A program made the position numbers and the translations under genes. Under the pieces are notes generated by a model. It was not told where the DNA came from, searched no databases, and worked only from the letters and a program-made list of their open reading frames with translations. 64,000 nt of DNA. It comes from Octopus vulgaris (taxonomy: Eukaryota). Below, one piece after another: positions 13,147 through 26,674 of this stretch; the stretch's first letter is position 1, and every line of letters begins with the position of its first letter. Location: contig OX597825.1 of the NCBI GenBank assembly GCA_951406725.2, forward strand, positions 81,530,001-81,594,000. The letters run 5' to 3'.

Positions 13147-14767
13147 AAATTTGGACAAAGTAATGGAAACAACATCAGGCGCAGGAGTGGCTGTGTGGTA
13201 AGTAGCTTGCTAACCAACCACATGGTTCCGGGTTCAGTCCCACTGCGTGGCATCTTAGGCAAATGTCTTCTGCTATAGCCCCGGGCCAACCAATGCCTTG
13301 TGAGTGGATTTGGTAGACGGAAACTGAAAGAAGCCTGTCGTATATATGTATATATATATATGTGTGTGTGTGTTTGTGTGTCTGTGTTTGTCTCCCTAGC
13401 ATTGCTTGACGACCGATGCTGGTGTGTTTACGTTCCCGTCACTTAGCGGTTCGGCAAAAGAGACCGATAGAATAAGTACTGGGCTTACAAAGAATAAGTC
13501 CCGGGGTCGATTTGCTCGACTGAAGGCGGTGCTCCAGCATGGCTGCAGTCAAATGACTGAAACAAGTAAAAGAGATAGCATCATTATTTTGAAATATTTA
13601 TAAAACTGTCAGAAGCTTGTTTATTTTTATATTTTTTTTATTTATTATTAGTGTTGCTTAATATGTTTTGCTAAAATTACTGTTTCTTTTCAGATCTCAT
13701 CAGAAAATGGTAATTAAGATTCGTTAAAATGATAGATCTATCGGACTTTCAAAGAGGTCTAATTGTTGGTGCTCGTATGGCAGGCGCTGGCGTAACGAAA
13801 ACAGCCGAAATGTTTGGTGTGTCAAGAAGTACTCTCTCGAAAGTAATGACAGCCTTTAAGAAAGAGGGAAAAACCTCCTCGTCGAACAAAACTCCAGAAG
13901 AAAACCAAAACTTTCAGATAGGGACTGTCGGACTCTTATGCAAATTGTTAGAAAGGATCACAAAAGTACAGCTCCCAAAATTTCTGAAGAGCTTAATGAC
14001 CACATCAGGAACACAGTTTCCACAAAACTGTTCACCCAGAGCTGCATAAAGCGGGATTTCACAGGAAGGCTGCAATCAGAAAACCACTACTTCCAAAGAC
14101 AAATGTTGCAAAGCGTTTAGAGTGGAGTAAAACCCTACAGAATTGGTCCCTAGAGCAGTAGAAGAATGTTATTTTCTGGGACGAATCATCCTATACCTTA
14201 TTTCCGACCTACGGGCTGTGGGGACAGCCAAAAGTAGCATTTGACCCAGATTGCCTTCTTCCAAATAGGATCTGTGATGAGGTGGGGCTATATCTTGGAA
14301 ATCCGCCCATCAAATGGTTTCCCTTCATGGCAGAATTAATAGTCAAGACTATCTAAACATTTTATCTGATCAAATTCATCCTATGGTTGAGAACTGTTTC
14401 CGGAGGGAAGCGCAATCTTTCAGGATGATACTGCACCAATTCACACAGCTAAAATTGTTACTGAATGGCACGAGGAACATTCTAGTGAACTTGAACATCT
14501 TATTTGGCCACCACAGTCCCCAGATCTCAATATTAATGAACATTTCTGGTGCATTTTAGAAAAACAAGTAAGGAGTCGATATCCTCCACCATCATCACTA
14601 CTAGAACCGGAGACTGTTATAGTTGAAGAATGGACACAATTCAAACCTTGTCGAGTCCATCCATCGTAGAATTCAAGCTGTAATTACTGCCAAAGGCAAT
14701 CCTACCCCATGTCAAAATAAATTTGTTTGAAATTTAAGGTGTTTCCATTATTTTGACCAACCCCTAT
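13143..14767 (+). mobile_element. Near full-length decayed Tc1 (DD34E) transposon with a SINE nested next to the left TIR
   Basis: HTH region MIDLSDFQRGLIVGAR...FGVSRSTLSKV; catalytic motifs NVIFWDES, FQDDTAPIH and WPPQSPDLNINEH spread across frameshifts. TIRs tacaaaatttggacaaagtaatggaaaca and tgtttccattattttgaccaacccctata; TA flanks. Confidence 0.9.
13178..13575 (+). mobile_element. SINE family B, full length, with internal (TA)n(TG)n
   Basis: tRNA-like head, internal microsatellite, 3' end gactgaaacaagtaaaagag. Possible CATCA target-site duplication at 13173-13177 and 13579-13583. Confidence 0.88.
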
Positions 14768-14788
14768 ATATACAAACATATGTATACG

Positions 14789-14928
<140 letters not shown>

Positions 14929-15997
14929 TATGTACTTACACACACATATATGTATGTGTGTGTGTATACATATATATATATTTATGTGCATATATCTATC
15001 TATCTATGTTTATATATATATAGATATATATGTATATGTATATGTATGTGCGCATGCGTGAGTGTGTGTGTGTACATGAGAAAGAGAAGGAGAGGAAGAG
15101 AGAGTGTGCGTGTATGTAGAAATAGCGACAAAAATAAAAGAGAGAAGAGGGAGAGAGAGAGAGAGGGGAGAGAGGGGGGAGAAGAAGGAGAAAGAGATGT
15201 ATGTATATTCTTGTATGCAGAACAAATACATATTTATGTCAATTTCTGTCATAATTTTATAAATGTGTATGTCCACATGAATGCGTTTGCATTCATAATG
15301 TATACGGTTACAACAAACATATGCATATACGAGACAGAAGATATGAATACACACATACAAACACACTGAACTCACATATCTCTGCTTTTCTTACACACAC
15401 ACACACACACATACACACACATAACCATACGCACGCACAGACGAATGATGGGTTATGTGTTTAAGTAAATAATACGTATATGCACATACACACACCTGTC
15501 GTATATATAAATGTCTCCAGTACGAGCGTGTACGTACGTAACATGTGTAAAAATGTGTGTGAGTCTGTAGGTAACTATGTGTATGAATATATATGTGCGT
15601 ATATATATATATATATATATATATACGTATGTATATATAGATATACATATGTATATATATATATTTATATATATACTTATAACAATGTATATATATACAT
15701 ATATACATATGTATACACATATATAGATGTGTATATGTATATATATACATAGACACATACATATGTATTAATGTCTATACGTATACATATATATTTATAT
15801 ATATGTGTACATATAGAAATATAAAGATGCGCTTATATACATAGATACAATATGTATTTATGTGTGTATAAATATATATATATATATATATTGATATTCA
15901 TGTATACATACGCATATATATATACACACATATGCATATATAAATATATGTACATACATACACACATACATACATATATACATGTATATATATATAC

Positions 15998-16076
<79 letters not shown>

Positions 16077-16318
16077 TGTGTTAGTTTGTGTATGTTTTTG
16101 CAAATAAGCGAATGTGTTCGTATGTGCATGCATGTGTGTACGTGTGTGTGTGTTCTTGGGTTTTCTAAGAAAAATTAATGGCGTCTTGTAACGTAAATGT
16201 TGTCATATAATCCATTTAGGATTAGCTGATATCAAGATTTAGTTTCGCTTTCTTCACACAAGAGATTTGCAATTGTGAGTACGGAAAGATAATTCCAGAA
16301 AAATGTAACACACACACA

Positions 16319-16363
<45 letters not shown>

Positions 16364-16412
16364 TCACACACTCACACACATATATATATATATATATGAC
16401 TATATATATATT

Positions 16413-16458
<46 letters not shown>

Positions 16459-16492
16459 TATATAAATACACATATATATAAATATATATATG

Positions 16493-16562
<70 letters not shown>

Positions 16563-16882
16563 TTGGGAAAGAAGCAGTAAAATATAACAGGCTAGAAATA
16601 AATATATGAACAAATAAATATATTTCTATAAAACGATTTTTTATTTCATTTTTCTCGCTTTTTCCGCATCCCCTGTCCGCCATCTTATTTGCCGCCATCT
16701 CCACCTTCATTCACTGTTAGGTTCTAGAATCTTTTTATTAACGTCACGCATTTAGTTTTCTAGATAGTGACTTGGCTGGTATTGGGAAAATATTAAAAAA
16801 AAAAAAAAAATTGGTAAAAGCAAATTTAAAAAAGAAAACAACATGGCGGTGTTGTAGAAAAATATAAGACGGAATAATATGA

Positions 16883-16883
<1 letters not shown>

Positions 16884-16916
<33 letters not shown>

Positions 16917-17050
16917 GAAGAAGAAGAAGAGAATAATAATAGAAGAAGAAGAAGAAGAAGAAGAAGAAGAAGAAGAAGAAGAAGAAGAAGAAGAAGAAGA
17001 AGAAGAAGAAGAAGAAGAAGAAGAAGAAGAAGAATGATGATGATGATTAT
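16884..17050. repeat. Compound (AAT)n/(AAG)n/(GAT)n microsatellite
   Basis: Direct reading of the sequence. Confidence 0.95.
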
Positions 17051-17687
17051 GAAAAATAAACGTGGATATTAGTAACGAAACGAAATCAGTGATGGATGAG
17101 GTGAAGCAGTCGATCCCTATTAAATTGAAGCATTCGTATACAGAATGGAGAAAAAATTGGAGAAGAGAGACGAAAAAGATAGAAAGGAAGGAAAGAAAGA
17201 AAGAAAGAAAGAAAGAAAGGAAGGAAGGAAAGGAAGAAAGTATTGAATTGAATGCATACGTGAATGACTTAATATCTAAATGAATGAACGAGATATAAAA
17301 GAGAATAAGCGAAAGAAATGTACATAGTAACATTATTGAATAATTGAATTATGTATGTACATGCATACATAAATACATACATACGTATGTGTGTGTATTT
17401 ATATATATATGTGTATGTATGTGGAGCGACTAAACGGAATCGGTCATCGGAGTGTTTTATTAATAAATCATAACCTTTAATAATAAAACTGCTTAATATT
17501 ATATAACTGTGAAGTGTTTTTCGAGCGGCTTTTTATAGCAGTGTACTAAGTGTGTTGAATATATCTACATTTTAAGACTCTACCACATGAATACTGAGTT
17601 TTATTTTAGCTATTATTGTTGTTTTATTTTCTGTTTTTTTTTTATTATTATTTTTCACCGCATACGTGTTGTTAAATAAAAGAAGCG

Positions 17688-17950
17688 AGTTCAAATCAGA
17701 GCAGGTATGTTAAGCTTTGTCGAATTTATCCCAGATTAGTTTAGCTCGTTTCCGGTCACTCCATTTTGGCTTATCTCATTTCAGCTGGGTTCAGCTCAAT
17801 TTCTGTCGACCTCACACCAGTTTAGCTCATTTTAGATGAGATCAAATCAGATCAAGTTAGTTCAAATCAAACTAGGTTATGTAAGCTCAGATCGTTTGTT
17901 TATATTATTTCAGCTCAGATTCCTACAACTCAACTGAGTTCAGCTCAACG
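17688..17950. repeat. Degenerate 5-bp-period repeat (TCAGC/TTAGC/TCAGA/TCAAA)
   Basis: For example ttcagctgggttcagctcaa and tcaaatcagatcaagttagttcaaatcaa. A complementary-sense tract lies at 18874-18965. Confidence 0.6.
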
Positions 17951-18005
17951 TAAAACAAGGAAATCTTAGAATAAGAGCATGCTTATCCATATGACCTCCC
18001 ATATA

Positions 18006-18131
<126 letters not shown>

Positions 18132-18239
18132 GTGTAGGCTCGAAACGTAAAAGACTTTTTTTTATTCCTGAGCGTTATACTAATACATGTTTGTTTTATA
18201 CACCACCTGTCTTCGTCTTTTGCTTTTTCGTAAACTCTT

Positions 18240-18287
<48 letters not shown>

Positions 18288-18764
18288 ACTAAAACAAAGA
18301 GATTCTTTTATACAACATCAAGCTACGTATTAAAATACAAATAGGTAATACATTCTACATATTTATATTCCCAGGAAACTAATGTGTTTCTAGCTGTCGG
18401 ACTTTATAGCCACGTGGTGCCTTCATCAGTAGAACTCTATAAGAATGTCATAGTTAAAAACTGGTGACAGACCTAACCAGTTGAAACGTGAAGAACACAA
18501 CCAAAATATACTTTGTAAGAGTTAGCTTATATTCTTTATCATAACCTCATAAAATACATAATCTTTACACGTGTTTCACTAGTTAGTTCTAGTTTGTTGT
18601 GTAGTAATTGTTATGTATACGATTGCATAATCACATCGGAGAATATAGTAATTTAATCCATTATTGTTTACCAGTGATAATTTAGAAGTATGTATAAACA
18701 TAAGAGAACACTTTTACACATAGCTCTTAAAGAAATATGACGATGTTCAACTCATTTGAGATCC

Positions 18765-19301
18765 ATCTAATGTACTCTTCCAATTGCTTTTAGATTGTGG
18801 GCAGGGATTCTCGACCGGGGTCCATAGGATTTTTGGGGGTCCGTATCAGACATTTCTGTTAAAATCTATGTGCTCAGTTGTAGTTGGCTGAATCAAACTT
18901 AGCTGAACTGATGTGAAATTATCTAAGCTGACCTGTCTGATCTGATCTGAGATGAACTGACCCATGCTGCAAGTTGCCTGAAGGGAACCTCTAAGCAATC
19001 GGTCTATCTGCTGGAAATCGCGCCCTACAACCATTTTTGCCTGTTGACCCCTTCGTTTCCTATTTTATTCCACTGGGTCCTCAGAGCTATTGAATGTTTT
19101 AGAAAACCCTATTCTCCTTTTATAATTAAATATTAGGAATTGTATAAAGAATTAAAATATTTTGTATTTTATAGATGCTTAAGCAATTTATTGCACATAG
19201 ATTTTAACAGAAATGTCTGATACGGACCCCCAAAAATCCTATGGACCCCGGTCGAGAATCCCTGCCCACAATCTAAAAGCAATTGGAAGAGTACATTAGA
19301 T
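18765..19301. repeat. Perfect 109-bp inverted repeat (18765-18873 / 19193-19301) with a ~320-bp spacer
   Basis: The arms read as exact reverse complements by eye. Confidence 0.92.
19028..19264 (-). mobile_element. hAT-like MITE, one end truncated
   Basis: The minus strand begins cagggattctcgacc (a CAGGG-type hAT terminus) and ends ...aaaaatggttg, a partial matching TIR. Confidence 0.5.
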
Positions 19302-19599
19302 AATGTTGTTCTAGATACACCATGCCAGAACACGTGTATATGCATGTTTGTGGGTGTGAGTGCATATTTGTGTGTTGTTGTTGTTAAGCAACAAGATGGG
19401 TAAGGGTGATTAGGTGATAGTCTCGGGCTTAGGGGTGGGAGGCCCCGGACCTTGGAAAAAAAACTTTGGTCGTCTTGTTGTAGTCGAGGGCTCTTCGTTG
19501 ACGCCCGACACCACAGGGAGGTGAGCCTCGATGTCGCTGGAAATGGAGATCTCCAGGTCCAAATTCTTGAACGGCATGTGTGTGAGTGTGTGTGTGTGA

Positions 19600-19636
<37 letters not shown>

Positions 19637-19879
19637 GGGGGAGAGAGAACATAGACGCGGTAGTTAAGATTTGAACTCATTTGATCATAGGTCTGATTAA
19701 TGGCAGCTGACCTTGGGCTAAACAACGACAACAAGAATAACAACAACAACGGCCTATTGTACTACTCTTCCTCAATTTGTAGTTTTTACTTTGATGTTAT
19801 TCCACTGTAAAATTAAAAGCTTAGAACGAAGGCGAGAAAGACAGAAAAAAGATGGCAAATCACACGCCATACACCCCCA

Positions 19880-19967
<88 letters not shown>

Positions 19968-20180
19968 AGTATGTACACATGTATGCATATATCTTAGTGT
20001 ATGAAGGTGTATTTTATTCCCTCTATAAAACAGTCATTGATGTTCTACGATAGTGCTTATCTCTTTTGTTAATGACGATTTTATTCTAACATTGCCTTTA
20101 GCTGTATACATACATTAATAAATATGAATATACATGTATATACATACATATGTATACATATGATCTACATACAATATATG

Positions 20181-20250
<70 letters not shown>

Positions 20251-20251
20251 C

Positions 20252-20284
<33 letters not shown>

Positions 20285-20384
20285 GAGAGATAATAATAAA
20301 TATGAATAAACAGATATATACATATATAGGTATACATATGATCTATATATATATAGAGAGAGAGAGGGATAAATATATAATCGT

Positions 20385-20479
<95 letters not shown>

Positions 20480-20965
20480 CTTATATATATATAGAGAGAG
20501 AGAGAGACAGAGGGAGAGAGTGAGAGCTTGATACTATACATTAAATATATATATACTAATAAATATATCCAAGAGTATAAATATGTATGTTTGTTTATAT
20601 GTATGTGTGTATGTATGTATTTATAAGAACATATTAATGTATAATCTATATAAACGCACACATAGGGTAACATCAATTTCATCAGTTAACGAAAAGCAAC
20701 CAAATACAAATTAGTGTTACGAAGAATCACACACACACACACACACATGTATGTAAGTATGTATGTATGTATGTGTACGCGCGTGTGTGTGTATATGCGC
20801 GCACGCGCAAATATCTGTTTAGTACCAACTGTCGTAAATTGTTGACCCTATGCATCTAAGGGCTAAAATCCGTGTAGTAAGAAACTGAACGTGTCTGTCT
20901 ATATATACATATGTATATATACATACACATATAGGCATATATATATATAAATATTTATATATAAA

Positions 20966-21007
<42 letters not shown>

Positions 21008-21229
21008 TATGTCTTTGTGTGTATCACGGAGTAGGTGAAACAGGGGACACCTGTTTGTTTCTCTTGTTGCTTGAAAAAAAATTCGTTTTCTATGTTTTTG
21101 TTTTTTATGTTCACGTCTCTCATTTGTTCAAGTTTTTTGATGTCCTGTACTCATTTATGCATGTATATATATACAAATATATGTAGGCATGTACATATAT
21201 GTGTGTATATATGCATATATTTATATATC

Positions 21230-21276
<47 letters not shown>

Positions 21277-21281
<5 letters not shown>

Positions 21282-21483
21282 ATCCAAACATGAAAAGACA
21301 AAGAGAAAGCACAACAACGCGAGGACGTGGAACAAGTATAGTGTATTTGGACGTTCAGGAAAGGAAAGAAAGAAGGAGGATTTAACGTTTCGAGCGGAGC
21401 TCTTCGTCAGAAACATTGAAAAAGGAAAGGTCCAAGGAAGGGAAGACGGAGGAAAAAAATCGCCAACGGTACACACGCGGTCA
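21277..21483 (-). mobile_element. Family H hammerhead-bearing repeat
   Basis: The minus strand reads ttt-CTGACGA-a-gagc-tcc-gctc-GAAA-cgt-TA-aa; (TA)n on both sides. Confidence 0.78.
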
Positions 21484-21622
21484 TATATACATATATATAT
21501 ATATAGTTGAGTATAGAAATTCGGGGTGAGTACTTGATAATTATAAGCACCTGTGTATACCGTTTGGTGGTGTAGGTGGTGGAGTAAATTGATCAAAATA
21601 AAAACATGATGCGAAGGATTCA

Positions 21623-21700
21623 GCGGTACATATGTTTCGGGCCTTTATTAGACAGATTTATAACAATGCATAATGTATGTCTGTGGTCTTCTTCAGCCGC
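21623..21700 (-). ncRNA. Type I hammerhead ribozyme-like motif, best-preserved core in the window
   Basis: gcgg CTGAAGA agacc-acaga...tctgt...ggccc GAAA catatg TA ccgc. Stem I is a perfect 4 bp, stem III is palindromic (acatatgt), and the triplet is GUA. The base of stem II is imperfect. Confidence 0.68.
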
Positions 21701-21719
21701 GCACATATATATATATGCA

Positions 21720-21751
<32 letters not shown>

Positions 21752-21820
21752 GCATATATATTTGGATTTGGCTTGCAAGATTCTTTATGTGAGTTCGTTT
21801 GTTGAAGCATATTCTGTTGC

Positions 21821-21991
21821 GTCTGAGGAGAGTCATTCTCTTTTAGTGCCTTATAATGTGACACACTCACCTATTGAAAAGGTTGCAAGATACAACGAAA
21901 ATTTTAGAAAAGTAAAAAAGAAATAAGTGGAAATTTTACCGGTTAGTGTGTTAAGTTTTAAGGCACTAAAAGAGAATGACCCTCCCCAGAC
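21821..21991. repeat. Imperfect inverted repeat / hairpin element (~32-48-bp arms)
   Basis: gtctgaggagagtcattctcttttagtgcctta versus taaggcactaaaagagaatgaccctccccagac. Confidence 0.8.
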
Positions 21992-21998
21992 ACAAGAG

Positions 21999-22023
<25 letters not shown>

Positions 22024-22030
<7 letters not shown>

Positions 22031-22883
22031 GTGCGATGGGTAAATTGTCACCATTTTATATTTTTAATGTGGATCATGTACATTGCTCGTGATTTTTTTT
22101 TTTGACTACACAGTACAGTAGGTTCAGTTGGGCACTGTCTGTTAGAAAAACAGCACTATGACGCAATCCTGTCAGAAATTTGGAAACGACATGCTGTACT
22201 GCTCCGCATTCACGCCGGAAGTTCCCGTACGAACATTTCAGAGTGTTTGGGTGTGAATCTGAGGACAGTGCAATCTGAGGACATGTACATCCAGTCAACA
22301 TCATGGTGTTTGGAGTGATCACTGGTGATGGCTACGGTTCACTTTCCCACACGGCCTCAGACACAACACGGACACTTACATAAAGTTACTGGAAGAAATA
22401 GTGCTACCCTGGTTCGAGAGTGTGGCTGCTGGAAGACCCTATGTCTGGCAACAGGTCTCTGCACCATGCCACACATGTAGGAGTACCCAGTTTTGGCAGT
22501 CAGACAATTTCTGCGACCACACCACCTCTAAAATCCGTTCATCTAACTCCCCAGACTGCAATCCCCTTCATTATTATGTGTGGGGCCCAGTTGAGCGAGA
22601 GACCAACAAAACTGCTTGTAACACCAAAGATGAACTGAAGACAAGGATTATGGAAGCATTCACCAACTGAAACAAGGAGACCGTCCAGAAGAGTTGCAGG
22701 AGATTCGAACTCGTCTGGAGACCGTGGTTGAAGCCAATGGCGATTTTGTTGAATAAATTAACTCTTCATTATTTCAAGATATTTTTATGTAATTTTGGTA
22801 AATATATATCTGTTAAAATGAGATGTCAGTGTTATTTTCATGTTTGCGTAATTTAGACGACAGTTTATTCACCGCACCCTGTA
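22024..22883 (+). mobile_element. Internally deleted maT/DD37D-type Tc1-mariner element
   Basis: TIRs tacagagtgcgatgggtaaattgtc and gacagtttattcaccgcaccctgta. In YVWQQ[V]SAPCH...SPDCNPL[H]YYVW there are 37 residues between the two mutated catalytic positions. Confidence 0.85.
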
Positions 22884-23369
22884 CATAAGGTTAAGTTCGC
22901 CTATAAACGTATGAGTATGTATGTATTATGTGTATTTGTTGCACTGACCTATATATATATGCATGCATACGTGCATGTGTCTATGTGTCTACAAACACAC
23001 AATGCTACGAGCATCTGTGTGTGTGTATGCACGTATGCGTAAGTTCGCGAGTGTCATTATATATGTGTGTGTGTTTGTACGTTCGTGGTCTTTTTTTCCC
23101 CTTTACATTACTTTCACTTTTGCGGTTATACATACGCGAATCTATTATGCATATACTTATCTGTATGTAAGTGTGTATGTGTGTACGTATATATATATAT
23201 TTATACTCACACACATAGATATATATATACGTATGTACACATGTATATATATATATACATTCATATATATATATACATATATGTATGTATATATACATGT
23301 ATATATACATATAGATGTAGGTATGTACATATATGTATGTATGCATTGTTAAGTTGTTATTATATATAT

Positions 23370-23427
<58 letters not shown>

Positions 23428-24011
23428 GTATGTATATACATGTGCATATATATATATATAATTGTATATACACACACATGTACATATATACATACTCACA
23501 CGCATATATATACATATATGCATATATGTGAATGTGTATGCACACCCACCCACACACAATATACATATATAATTTGTGCTAGAGTAGATCATTTCAACCT
23601 TTATCATATCGACACATCTATGCTCTCCTTATGCCCTCCCTCCCTTTGCTCTCTCTCCCTCTCTTCGCCCCTCTCTCCTTTTCTCTCCCACTCTCACTTT
23701 CCCTCCCCCACACTCTTCTATTTTTCCCTCCTCTTACTTTCCCGCTTAATGGCCACACCTAAGTTATATAGCTGCTGTTATGCATTTATTCATGAACGCA
23801 TTATAAATAATAGTGAATACTTAAATATATGTCGCCACCACCACCACCACCACTACCACTACCACCACCACAACCACCACCACAACCACCACCACCAATC
23901 GCTTCTCTTTACGAGAAAGTCACCCTCTCTGCCAACAGACAGTCAGACAGACAGATTGAATTGCCCAGCAGTGAAACGACGCAGTGTCTTGTTAATTTTA
24001 TCTGAAATTTG

Positions 24012-24129
<118 letters not shown>

Positions 24130-24171
24130 TCATTGTTTCCAATTGTTATACGCAAATGATAATATTATTAT

Positions 24172-24219
24172 CATTTGCGTGTATTTTACACCAGTGTCAC
24201 TTTGATGGCATGCACTGCA

Positions 24220-24220
<1 letters not shown>
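24172..24220 (+). mobile_element. Very short 5'-truncated copy of the same Dong-like 3' end, next to (AAT)n
   Basis: agtgtcactttgatggcatgcactgc matches the reverse complement of 219-245 and is followed directly by (AAT)n. Confidence 0.55.
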
Positions 24221-24275
<55 letters not shown>

Positions 24276-24309
24276 TGATGATGATGATGATGATGAGTTG
24301 ATGATGATG

Positions 24310-24517
24310 ATTTCAAATTGTTGCCACAAGGGCAGCTTGGGGGAAGGAATTAAGTCGATTATATCGACCCCAATATTTAATTGGTACTTAATTTATCGAC
24401 CCCGAAAGGATCAAAGGCAAAGTTGACATCAGTGGGATTTGAACTCAGAATGTAGCGGCAGACGAAATGCCGCTAAGCATTCCATCCGGCGTACTAACGA
24501 TTCTGCCAGGTCGCCGT
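24310..24517 (-). mobile_element. SINE family A, older subfamily
   Basis: Head and core on the minus strand with the alternative tail. Confidence 0.8.
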
Positions 24518-24806
24518 TTTTGATGTCTCTAATTGATAACGGCCGGCATAAATGTTGGTCAGATGTTTGATTGTTTGGCTGGTTGATTCCTTCTGTCATG
24601 CTTTGCATCGACGGTGAGAAGGGAGAACGAGAAAAGTTGTAATACAGGTGACATAACATAAGAAGCGAAGGATGAGTGCACAATATAGGCTTAGTGACAG
24701 ACAATGAGTAAACCAACGCTAAGCACACAAGCACGCATAGTGAAAAAGAGTCAGAAGCACAGAAGGAAGAGAAGGTGAGGAGGTATATATACATACATAA
24801 ATACAT

Positions 24807-24875
<69 letters not shown>

Positions 24876-24947
24876 AAAGTATGTATATATATGAAGAAAG
24901 TAAGACAAGGTAGAAATTGCTAAATTGATTTAATCATGAAGAACATT

Positions 24948-24985
24948 TTAGTACCGGTTTCAGTCTTTGCGACTTTCTCAACTTT
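24948..24985 (-). ncRNA. Variant minimal hammerhead-like motif (Penelope-type)
   Basis: ag TTGAGAA agtc-gcaaa-gact GAAA ccgg TA ct. Stem II is perfect and stem III is palindromic (accggt), but the first core strand is non-canonical. Confidence 0.45.
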
Positions 24986-25239
24986 GAGTAAAGCATGAAA
25001 AACAATAATTAAATTGGGGAAAGATTAAATGAAATGTTTTTTAAAAAATATTTCCATAGTGTTCAAATGTAAAAACCATTTTCCTTTTTTCTGTCTGTCT
25101 GTCTGTCTTTTTTACTCTTGTGAAGGCTTTGTAGCAGGTAGAAGGTAGTAGCAGTCCTGAAAGAATATTTGATATGAGTTCTTGATTTTGATTGTTTCAG
25201 CAGCAGTAGTGACCGAGGAAGGTGACGAAGAAGAAGGTG

Positions 25240-25282
<43 letters not shown>

Positions 25283-25488
25283 GTTATACACACACACACG
25301 CACGCGCACACACACATGCACTGTCGGATGGAGAAGGTGAAGAAGGAGGGCGATTGTGTGCGTGTGTGAACTTCCATAATAAAGATGAAAATCAACAGAG
25401 ACCAATTTTTCTTTCCTATTCTTTCCTTTACTTTTTCTACATTGTTTTATTCCGGTTTAAGGCAACAAATATTCTTTTCAAAGTAAAA

Positions 25489-25905
25489 GGCGGCGAGCTG
25501 GCAGAGACGTTAGCGCGCCGGGTGAAATGCTTAGCGGTATTTACGTTGTGAGTTCAAATTCCGCCGAGGTCGACTTTGCCTTTCATCCTTTCGGGGTTGA
25601 TAAATTAAGTACCAGTTACGCACTGGGTTCGATGTAATCGACTTAATACCTATGTCTGTCCTTGTTTGTCCCCTCTATGTTTAGCCCCTTGTAGGTAGTA
25701 AAGAAATAGGTATTTCGTCTGCCGCTACGTTCTGAGTTCAAATTTCCCCGAGGTCGACTTTTCCTTTCATCCTTTCGGGGTCGATAAATGAAGTACCAGT
25801 TTCGCACTGGTCCTTCGATGTAATCAAGTCGATGTAATCGACTTGATCCCTTTGTCTGTCCTTGTTTGTCCTCTCTGTGTTTAGCCCCTTGTGGGTAGTA
25901 AAGAA
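25489..25905 (+). mobile_element. SINE family A, young tandem dimer
   Basis: A headed unit followed by a head-less unit, joined at gtagtaaagaaata|ggtatttcgtctg. Confidence 0.88.
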
Positions 25906-26134
25906 AAAAAAAATTCTTTTCAAAGTAATGTTTACATTATCTTGGAAAAGCACCATGCAATTTGATTGAGGTTCAACAATGCCATCAAAACCTGTTCAGT
26001 TCCTACTGTACGCTTCGTACACACTATGTGTTTAGTCCTCACTCTCAACGTATGTCTTTAGCTCTCGCTATATCTTTAACACCCACAAAATCCTCAGCTT
26101 TCACCATGTTTAGCTGTAACAATGTTTACATCGT

Positions 26135-26295
26135 TTAACATTCTGAGTTTCTAATTCCGGCGAGGTCGTCTTGCCCTTTTATACCTTACAGGGGGTTAAT
26201 AAAACAAAACACCAAATCAAGCACTGAGGTCGATATCAACGAATACTCCTCCCCACCAAAATATTTCGGGCCTTGTGCCTTTAGCAGAAAGTGTT
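26135..26295 (+). mobile_element. SINE family A, degenerate older copy
   Basis: ttctgagtttctaattccggcgaggtcgtc...gcactgaggtcgat...ggccttgtgcc. Confidence 0.6.
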
Positions 26296-26634
26296 ATTAT
26301 CATTTGGTGTACTTTTTTTTAATTGCAATACTAATGTACATGAAAGTCATAAATACTAACATTTATGTCGTAAACTGTGACAATTATGGTGAGGTCGTAA
26401 ACTAACTACATTAAGTTTCAATCATAAACTAGGAAAAATAATGGTATTTCGACGAGAATCAGACGCTGCGCTACACTTACCCACCATATTTTAATTCCCA
26501 CGTGATTAACATTTATTTCCGGTGTGTGTATTTGTATGTGTGTGTATGTGTTTGCGTGTATGAGCTGTCAGGTTGTGTCTATGCGTGTACATATGTTCGT
26601 ATGTATGTATGTATATATGTTTGTTTATTTATGC

Positions 26635-26674
<40 letters not shown>

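Noticed and set aside
18375-18435. CTGATGAaggc...GAAAcac on the minus strand
   Set aside because: Penelope-like in style, but stems I-III cannot be paired convincingly; not counted as a hammerhead.
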